From Neolecta irregularis DAH-3 (Eukaryota): a DNA stretch of 20,000 nucleotides. A program made the translations under genes and the position numbers. The notes beneath the pieces were generated by a model. The model made no database searches. It was given only the letters and a program-made list of their open reading frames with translations, and had not been told where the DNA came from. Location: assembly GCA_001929475.1 (NCBI GenBank), contig LXFE01003012.1, positions 55,823-75,822 of the forward strand, in the 5' to 3' direction. This document shows positions 10,098-20,000 of this stretch, in pieces (position 1 is the stretch's first letter; every line of letters starts with the position of its first letter).

Positions 10098-12241
10098 ATG
10101 TCGACTACCAGAAACGTAAAAATGTATAAGAATATTCCTTGAAGCTGTTCTAAAATGAATTAGACTTGCGTTTGGCTCGGTGAATGGAAAAATCGAACAG
10201 GCTTTTGCGAAAGCGAAATTGATTGATACGCAACATGGACCCTTCGATGTGTTGATCTGTCTCGGTTCTTTTTTTGGCAAAACGGAATCGGATCAAGTTG
10301 TTAAGCTACTGAATGGCGAGATTGAAGGTAAACTATTGTGATACTTTAGAGAACTGACGTTTTAGTACCCCTTCGGACCTATTTCCTCCTAGGACAAGAC
10401 CCTTTACCAGCAATGATCAGTGAAAAAACTGAAAGAGAGCAAGATATCTGTTCGAATCTATTCTATTTGGGTAAGTAGCATCTGTTCTTACAGACTTCAC
10501 TTATTCACTCCAGGTAGGTAAAAGCGGGATCTTGACCACAACTCCAGGAGTGAGAATTGCCTTTCTAGGAGGAATATACGATCCTGATGCATACGAAGCA
10601 ACTGTTGACGATGATGTACTTGCATTTTTGATTCACATTTCTCATCTGTATAGGCCTCAATGTGTAGGTCTCCGTTTATCAACCGCAAGGATACTACAAT
10701 ATTTGATTCATCAGGAGATAAAGATATCGATATTCTTCTAACTAATGAATGGCCCGCAGACGTATGCCAACTATCTTCTCAGAGCCGTCCCGCCGATATA
10801 TCTGAATGTATACCAGTCCAACAAGTCGCACATCTTCTGCGGCCTCGTTACCATTTCGCAGCCGGTCCCTTCTTTGAACGAGAACCTTTTAGAAATGACA
10901 AGGGGAAAGATCAAGTTGACCCACAAGTCACTCGTTTCATAAGTCTCGCAAATTTTGCTAATGTTGATAAACAACGCGTATGTATTACCGGTACGTCACA
11001 TTGACAGGTAGTGGTTCTATGCCTTCAATATTCCAATCTCAAAATATTCGATTCAGACAGTAAATGCTATTCCAGTCAAAACGACCAATAATCCCTATGA
11101 ATGGTCGATAAATCAACGTAATATTCTCAAACGCCCAGCGGAAAACACCAATGTTGAAGATAATGATATTGATTCTAAACGGCTCAAGTCGAATAAGCAC
11201 CGTCCTCCTGAAACATATTTATGCAAACAATGGTAGCCCTCGCGATCGTTTTTGTAGCTTACTTTTAGTGAAAACCCAGGACATTGGCTCGAAGAATGTG
11301 AATTTGTTCCAGAGGGATACGCTTGTCGATATTGTCAGGGTAAACATAGACCAAAACATTGCCCAGTGAAGCCGGAAGATCGCGAGCGTAATAATAACAT
11401 CCCCCCAGATACATATATCTGCAATGCATGCGGGAAGAAAGCTGATCATTATATTAGGGTAATTCCACCATTTCATTTATTTTACATTTTAGGAATGTCC
11501 TGAAAAGAAAACTAGAGAGCGAACCAAGAGAAAGCCTATAGGACGTATTTTCTCTGTTGCAAGAGGAATTAGCTGATTCATATTTCAGCTGAAGCTTGTT
11601 TCTTTTGTCTTTCGAATCCAAAGCTTGAAAAGCATCTAGTCGTATCAATCGGAGAAGAATCCTATGTAGCGTTAGCAAAAGGTCCTCTCTCTTCACCCTC
11701 AACTAATCCACCATCTTTACCGTTTTCCGGTCATGCTCTAATAATTCCGATTCCACATACACCTAATATTTTCAGTATTCCAAAGGAATCCCGTTTAGGA
11801 ACAGTAAACGAGTTAGCAAAATATCGGGATGCGATAAATAAAATGTATGAAGAGGCCGGCTGCGCAGCAGTCAGCATCGAGATCAGTCGAACGCATGCCG
11901 TTCATGCGCACTGGCAAATCCATCCAATCGCGAAACCTAATATACAAGGACTTGAAGAAGCATTTCAGCAAGCTGCGAAGACAGAAGGTTTCGAATTTCA
12001 CAAAGAAGATATTTCTGGGGAAATCGTTGATTATATTCGAGTTTACCTACCGGACGGAGTGCTATCACACATTATCCCTCCACACTCGAGATTTGATCTT
12101 CAATTCGGACGAAAGGTCTTGTGTAATCATTTGGGATTTCCCGAACGTGTTGATTGGAGAGCTTGTACCCAGACGGAGGAGGAAGAAAAAATAGAAGCTG
12201 CACAATTCAAAATGGCTTTCAAGCCTTTTGATTTTTCCTAG
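10098..12241 (+). CDS. CWF19L1: CWF19-like protein 1 (Drn1 type): pseudo-metallophosphoesterase, three Zn knuckles, CwfJ C-terminal domains; 9 exons
   Basis: KILAFGSVNG, HGPFDVLICLGSFF, IDILLTNEWP, LRPRYHFA, FFEREPF, TRFISLA, RWFYAF, CFFCLSNP...KHLVVSIGEESYVALAKGPL, GHALIIP, RFDLQFGRKVL, DWRAC, FKPFDFS. Introns 10124-10163, 10328-10365, 10471-10517, 10616-10653, 10978-11011, 11233-11268, 11459-11492, 11545-11588. Confidence 0.92.
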
Positions 12242-12367
12242 ATTGGATACCATATTTCCGGGAATAGGCCTTTAGCACCAAATAATCACTTCTACGTTAT
12301 AGTATAAAATTCTCGTGGTAAAATAAAATAAAACTTTCAAGCTTACAATCAGTTTGGTCTCGCCCGT

Positions 12368-14075
12368 TCAGGTTCTTTGCGACTTTGAGAGCTTATTCAA
12401 CGTCTTTTCAACATTCCCAATCGCATCTGAAATATTTGTACCGCCAGTCATGCCCTTGTCTAGTAACTCCTCATCGAGCTTCCAGCCTCCCTTCTTTCGT
12501 TCTGACAGATGAAGTTTAAGTCTTTGGTCTGTAATACGCCCCGAAGGATGAATCAAGCAGAGTAAAGATAAAACCTTGCCGATATATCGAATCCACAATA
12601 GTTGATCTGAATCTCCAACGAGTTTTTCCAGCCTATCTCGTAACTCATATTCGGCCATATCCCACCCATAATTTTGACATAATACTAGGCCGATTGAAGC
12701 GGCCTCGACATGACTAACTCCAGGTATACCTGCCAGAGGTCCCGTTATCAAAGTAAGAATGGCTGCATGAGATTGTGCTTCCTTTGGAAGGTGATCATAT
12801 GCAAACATCATTGCTGAGGTCGCAGCGACAATTCGTTGAAACTCGGCGGCTTTTTTCGCTGGTAAGCAATCTTGTATGATAATTCTCATTTCCTGCCATG
12901 AGTGAGGGGAATATTGTTTGCAAGCAACAAGTAATGGATCAATTTCCCTTATGGAAGGCTCCAGGGCATCGAAGAGAACACCTTCTCGTGTTCCACCTTG
13001 CTATGTAAGACATAGTGAATCAAGTTTCACCATTACCTTGCGAGAACGTTATGACACTGATAAAAGGGAGTGCCTCGAGCACGCTTTTGATGAGAAATGC
13101 AACAGCTGGGAGTTGCCATTTACGTCTCTGGGAGAGGAATGCCGAGGTTGATTTCGTTTTAGAATTTGAACCTGTAAAGGCATGGGTGCTTGCAGTTGTT
13201 TCAAAGACATCCTTCTTGACCGAAAACCCGTTGATGAGTGAAAATGGATAAGGTTGAACAGGATGCTCCGACATCAGTAACAGTCCAAATCTGAGAACAT
13301 GAATAGTAATTGAAGAATGTATAAGTACCCGCGAAACCCACCCCCAGTAAGATAAAGTGGTAGGCCCTGTTTGTGGCACTGTTCCTTGTAAAACTGAGGA
13401 ATTTCGAGTTTCTCGAATGCGCTTTGAAATGCACAAACTAATTCGTTCCTCAATGAATCATGATTGTTCGAAGCTTTTAAACGATCCAGAAGCACAACAG
13501 CACCATAAGGCAAAGAAACAGGATCGCGAGACATTTTAAAATCTCCATTGTGATCGATTGCATAATTCATCTGAATAGACCCACCGCCAATCTCGAGACT
13601 CAATCCATTAAGATGATGAAAGGACCAGGCGATTCCCAATAAACCAAACTTTGCTTCCTCCTGTTTTGACAAGAGCTTGACATGGGTTCCAGTAATTTCT
13701 TCAATACGATTTTGGAGAAAAGGCCCATTTGCTGTGGTTCGCATGGCTTCCGTTGCAACAATGTCGAGATGATCAACGTTCACATCGTCACATATCATTT
13801 TGAAACGTTTCATTACAGCGATGACTTGCTCGATGATGTCGTCTGGTATAGCAGCTCCATATTTTGTGTATTCAGCGAGAGCAATTCCCGCACGCTCTTG
13901 GAAAAAACAGGTTAGAAGTCGATTATTTTCATGGATGCTGCATCGAATCCCATTACTGGTCTGTAAGCTTCAAACTCATCATTCAACTTAATTGCCTTCC
14001 TATATCAATCACTGCCTTGTGTTTCGAGGGCGATTGCGACTGCGACTGCGACTGCAAGAATGATCTGGACGCCAT
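12368..14075 (-). CDS. RTG2: Retrograde regulation protein 2-like (Ppx/GppA family); 4 exons
   Basis: VIDIGSNGIR, ERAGIAL, VATEAMR, LLSKQEEA, EIGGGSIQM, SLPYGA, LYLTGGGFRGFG, PYP..LING, SQRRKWQLPAV, FSQGGTREGVLF, HLPKE. Introns 13956-13995 (GC-AG), 13291-13328, 12997-13036. Confidence 0.88.
14031..14054 (-). repeat. Coding hexanucleotide microsatellite (CAGTCG)x4 encoding QSQSQSQS
   Basis: cgattg cgactg cgactg cgactg on the + strand, within RTG2 exon 1. Confidence 0.85.
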
Positions 14076-14335
14076 TGAGGTGACTGGGTTTTAGAATCGA
14101 GAACGAAGGTTATAAACCCATATATAACCAAGTTTTTTTCCACCCGTTAGTTGTACCAATAGCTGTTCGAATTCCACGGAAATGTAAAAAACACTGTGGC
14201 AAATATCTTATTAGCTATATTTTAAAAGGTACTTACTCCGATGTATATCCCACTGGCAAATATCAAGGAAATCCTAGATTTTTCTAGATAACTGGAGTTT
14301 GGGAATGTAGGCTAGGGTCCATTGTAACGACATAG

Positions 14336-14935
14336 CTCAAAGAATATGAGGACCAACATTCCATGTTTACAAGTTTCACTATAAGTATTCTCCAAAATGC
14401 TATTAATTTTCTACACGCAAAAAACTTTTTGAAAGACGCTAAATCTATCAATACCATCATTTCCTTCTCAGAAGACTTGAACAATGAGATTTTCCTTGAA
14501 ACCTTGGGGAGATGTTTAGTAAGAAAATGATTCTGAAAATCTCGTGGCATTCAACAAGTTGCGGGATTCATCATTTCGTGGAGGTACAAAACAATTAGCA
14601 GGTTTGAGAAGAAATATTTTCATGATTTTCCCAGCAACTTTGACTTAGAAAACCTGCAAAATGATGTCGGATATAAGATAAATGGAAGCAAAAGCGTGTT
14701 ATGGTTCTTCCAAGTTTCAACAGCCATCAACTTGATTGGATCCAAGTTTGGAATTGATCATCTAGAATGTATCATTGATATAGGTGTCTTTAAAAATCAT
14801 TCATGTTGGAGAGCTGACGATAAACAGCAACTAGACGAATACTCGCGATGGCTTCAGGTAGATGAAAACTTTTGGTTGACCCAAACAAGAAAAAATGACA
14901 CACGAAAGGAGTGTGGTAATTTTAAAATTTTATGA
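14336..14935 (+). other. Unidentified interrupted reading frame (orphan gene or pseudogene)
   Basis: 200-codon frame broken only by TGA at 14528 and 14534; no recognisable motif. Confidence 0.35.
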
Positions 14936-14983
14936 GGTTGCGCTTTTATTATACTGGACATCCCCACTTCCAGGTAGACTTGA

Positions 14984-15942
<959 letters not shown>

Positions 15943-16043
15943 GGTCTATTATCACAGTGATCTATAAACTGTGGACTGGAGACTAACAGTAACAGGACAC
16001 GCTTGAATGCATCCTTTGCGCAGGGACCCGGTGACAACCGACT

Positions 16044-16926
<883 letters not shown>

Positions 16927-17575
16927 CGAAACCATTCTGAAAAATGAATCAGAAATGAAGGGATTATATGGAGACAGATACTGGTTTTGTCAAACTTCGG
17001 TCTTGACAAATAGCCACAGTTTATCCGCTGATTCGGGTCCAACACGGAAATACATGCATCTCCTTTTGGAATCACGAGCACTATAGAATGGCGACTGGTT
17101 AGTGACAAGTCGCCAGTTTTAAAACTAATGGTTTCAAAATGGGCGATTTCCTTATAAATTACCTATTACAGCCAGCCACTAAACCGTATTTTATAGGTTT
17201 GCTGGAATTTGTTTGAGGCGTATTCTAGATGGACTTGATCGTAATCGCCAATGAAATGGAAACTATTCGGCTCGAATACTAGTATAAAAATGTCGCACCA
17301 ACCTCGGCTCGGGCTATAAACTAAATCCATACTCAGGAAATCTTGCATATCTATAACCAACCTAAAATTTCGTCCATGCAACGGAGAGAGATTATTCTAT
17401 TCCATCTTTGCCGGCAGGGTGATCTATACGGATGCTATGTTTCAGATTTGATAGATGAAATTCTCGCACGATCCGGAAAAGGGATGAATAAAGATTCAGA
17501 ATCAACAGTCATTTGTTCATTCTATTGTAAGTATGTAATTACCCAATTGAAAATCAGCCCAACTCCAATAATTAT

Positions 17576-19873
17576 CTACTGACCCCAAGAACCTACTTCT
17601 TTCATTGCAGCAGTATCGCCTTTTGCCAATTTATCTTGCTCAAGAACACGGGCTATGCAGTGCCAAGGATCCCGTCCACCGCCCCATCTCAATACATCTT
17701 GACGAAGTTTCTCGCCTGCTTGCTGATTCAAAACATTTCCACTAAATAGTTTTCCCCATACTCGTGCTGCTATTGCCCGGTCAAAGAGGTAGGAGTAGTA
17801 TGTTGCTCCGTAGCCGACGAGATGTCCAAACTGGGTCTGCCAGGATGTATGAGGCCCGGGGTTGACCAGTCCCCATTTCCGGATAATGTCGTGATATATG
17901 GTTGTTGAGTTAAACTCTGGTGAAGCAGCGAGGGGAGAGTGATATGCTTGGTCGAGCAACGCAAGTTGAACTTGGGCTTGAGTTTCCCATCCTCGAAACT
18001 GTTCTTCTCGGTTTCTGTGTGCCTTGAAGCGATTTATATCTAACGGCACGTCCGTACGATGGTGCCGAGCGAATAGTTTCAAGACTTGAGGATCCGATGC
18101 AAAATGTTCCATTAAAATAGAAGGAAGTTCAACAAAGTCAGTAGCGCATCTTGTGCCAGCAATGTTGTGAAAATCCGTACGTCCAAGCATTGAATGGACT
18201 GCATGTCCCATTTCATGAAACAGCGTTTCAACTTCTTTATAATTCAACAAGGTGGGAGATTCCGAGAAAGAGTGAAATCCGCAGACCAACGCAATAAGAG
18301 GTAACTGATACTTTTTGTTATCCCTCGTCTCAACTGTTATCATCCCGTCTCCACTAGACCCTTTCCAATCTTCATCAACCAAGAAAACATCATCGTCAAC
18401 TCTTCTCGAACATCGAACAGTGAAATGTGCCGGGTTTGCGGATTTCCCCTTTCTTTCGAATAAATCGCAATAAATGACTCCTATTAAGCCATCTCGACTA
18501 CATATCACATCAAGTCTTTGGACTTGAGACGACCACACTTCTCCTGGAGAAATTTCGCTCGGAACGAATCGGATCCCGTAGAGGCGTGAAAATAATCGCG
18601 ACAAGCCTTGGATTACTGTACCGACAGAAAAAAATGACGACAACGACGACTCGGAGTGCATATTTTGTGATTCGAGATACTGCGTAGCGTAATAGTCTCG
18701 ATCCCAAGCATTAAGCTTTTCATTACCATTGATTCGCATGTGTGAATTTGCAAATGGTCGGAGAAAGTCAATTTCTTTCATCGCCAGCGGAAAATTATCT
18801 CGTCCCAATGTCTCTAGAAAATCGACCACATGTTCTACAAGTATCAACTATAAATTCATCAGTAGACTTACCTGGTGATTTTGACATTTTTTCTGCCAAA
18901 GTCATATGCGCAAAACTTTTCTGTCCAATTAGCTGTGACAGTTGTGCTCTTTTCGTCAACATCGTTTCGAGGGTTTCGAGTTGTTCTTTTGTTGAACAAT
19001 TCAGTGCGTTGAAAACTTTTTTCCTTGCTGTGGAGCCTTTTAAATGCGCAAGAGCAATTTGTCCGTTTATTCCGGCAGTAGATATCTTTAAAGGTCCTTT
19101 TATGGTAAAAGGTAAACCAACGACTTCCTCCCTTGACAATTCAACATATTTCTGTTCCGGTGCACAATCTCGAAGAATTCGATGGCCAAGATCAGCTATT
19201 TCACTTGACAACTCTACAAACTTTTCTTTTGACGAAGGAGGTAAATTTATACCTGATTTTTCAAAATCGCATAAAAGAATAGAAGCGACTGCGATTTCCT
19301 CGGTTGATAAACTAGTCTTGATAGTTTGATCCTGCATTACTTTCCGCAGTGTCTTGTTTTTAGTTTGGATATGCAAGAGAGATGAGGTACATTGTATAAT
19401 CCCGCATTCGTGTTTAATATATTCATATATCCATACAACATTCCATAGGCTTCATTTGCCTTTTCCACGAATTTCGAGTCCGGATGAACCGTTCTGACGA
19501 ATTCCGCGAGATCCATGACAGCGCAAAGCATATCGCTTAGCCGATCGAGATCCTTTATAGTTCCTCGTAAATCATCTTTTTCTGCCTCGATTTTAGCAAC
19601 GAGAGCTTGGGCGCGGATAAGGGTATGCTGAGCCCACACAGGAAATCCCTCTGGTCTATCGAGAAATCTATTTTGAAAAAGCCCAGTGGCGTTTCTATAT
19701 GAACGAGATAAATTTTGGGTTCGAAAACATGGTTGATCAAATATTTCACGAAGAAGCGAATCGTCTGTCCTGCAAGATAAATCATGACTGAAGAAATTTT
19801 TAAATGACTGTTGAGTGGATATACATCTTTTTTTAACGAGGGATCTCGATGTTGCTAAAATTCTTGTCAACAT
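17576..19873 (-). CDS. OCT1: Mitochondrial intermediate peptidase (M3 family); 3 exons
   Basis: Arg/Ser-rich presequence, TGLF.N, LDRLSDMLCAVMDLAEFVR..HP, WDRDYY, AHFTVRCSR, zinc motif LFHEMGHAVHSMLGRT, DFVELPSILME, FGHLVGYGATYYSYLFD. Introns 19353-19390, 18835-18871. Confidence 0.96.
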
Positions 19874-19900
19874 CTAGAAGGTTGAGAGATTATAAACTCT

Positions 19901-19936
19901 CCCCCCCCCCCCCCCAATTTAGAATCNNNNNNNNNN
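19901..19936. other. C15 homopolymer followed by a 10-N assembly gap
   Basis: C run at 19901-19915; N run at 19927-19936. Confidence 0.95.
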
Positions 19937-20000
19937 TAGCTTGAGATCGTCCATCGACCTCTAATGATCTAGTGGTCCTTCTATGAAGTCTTTCGTCATG

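Noticed and set aside
11200..11500. Retrotransposon gag zinc knuckles
   Set aside because: They are spliced in frame into CWF19L1, and no LTR, RT or integrase is nearby.
14336..14977. Mitochondrial insert read with TGA=Trp
   Set aside because: All interruptions are TGA, but the frame uses TGG five times and resembles no mitochondrial protein I recognise.
19901..19936. C15 tract as a telomere or functional G-quadruplex
   Set aside because: It sits beside an assembly gap, so its length and context are unreliable.

Overview
Gene-dense eukaryotic DNA from a compact fungal genome, read as spliced genes. The ~32-47 nt introns, frequent AAG acceptors and protein style suggest an early-diverging ascomycete (Taphrinomycotina, Neolecta-like); this is inference only. 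I reconstructed by hand 12 protein-coding genes with about 47 introns: IES6 (partial), OST1, SF3B6/p14, hexokinase, a SnoaL/NTF2-like protein, a CarX-like carotenoid cleavage oxygenase, UTP18, CWF19L1/Drn1, RTG2, TGS1, IDI1 and OCT1. There is also a decayed HAD-hydrolase pseudogene, two interrupted orphan reading frames, and a C15 run next to a 10-N gap. I saw no RNA genes, CRISPR arrays or recognisable mobile elements. Most notable: an accessory block (HAD pseudogene, SnoaL, carotenoid oxygenase with a hydrophobic tail) between housekeeping genes; three GC-AG introns forced by conserved motifs; weak or ambiguous splice sites in two splicing-factor genes; and a DGSG->DGPG change in hexokinase. 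I cannot claim a confirmed novel system from sequence alone.
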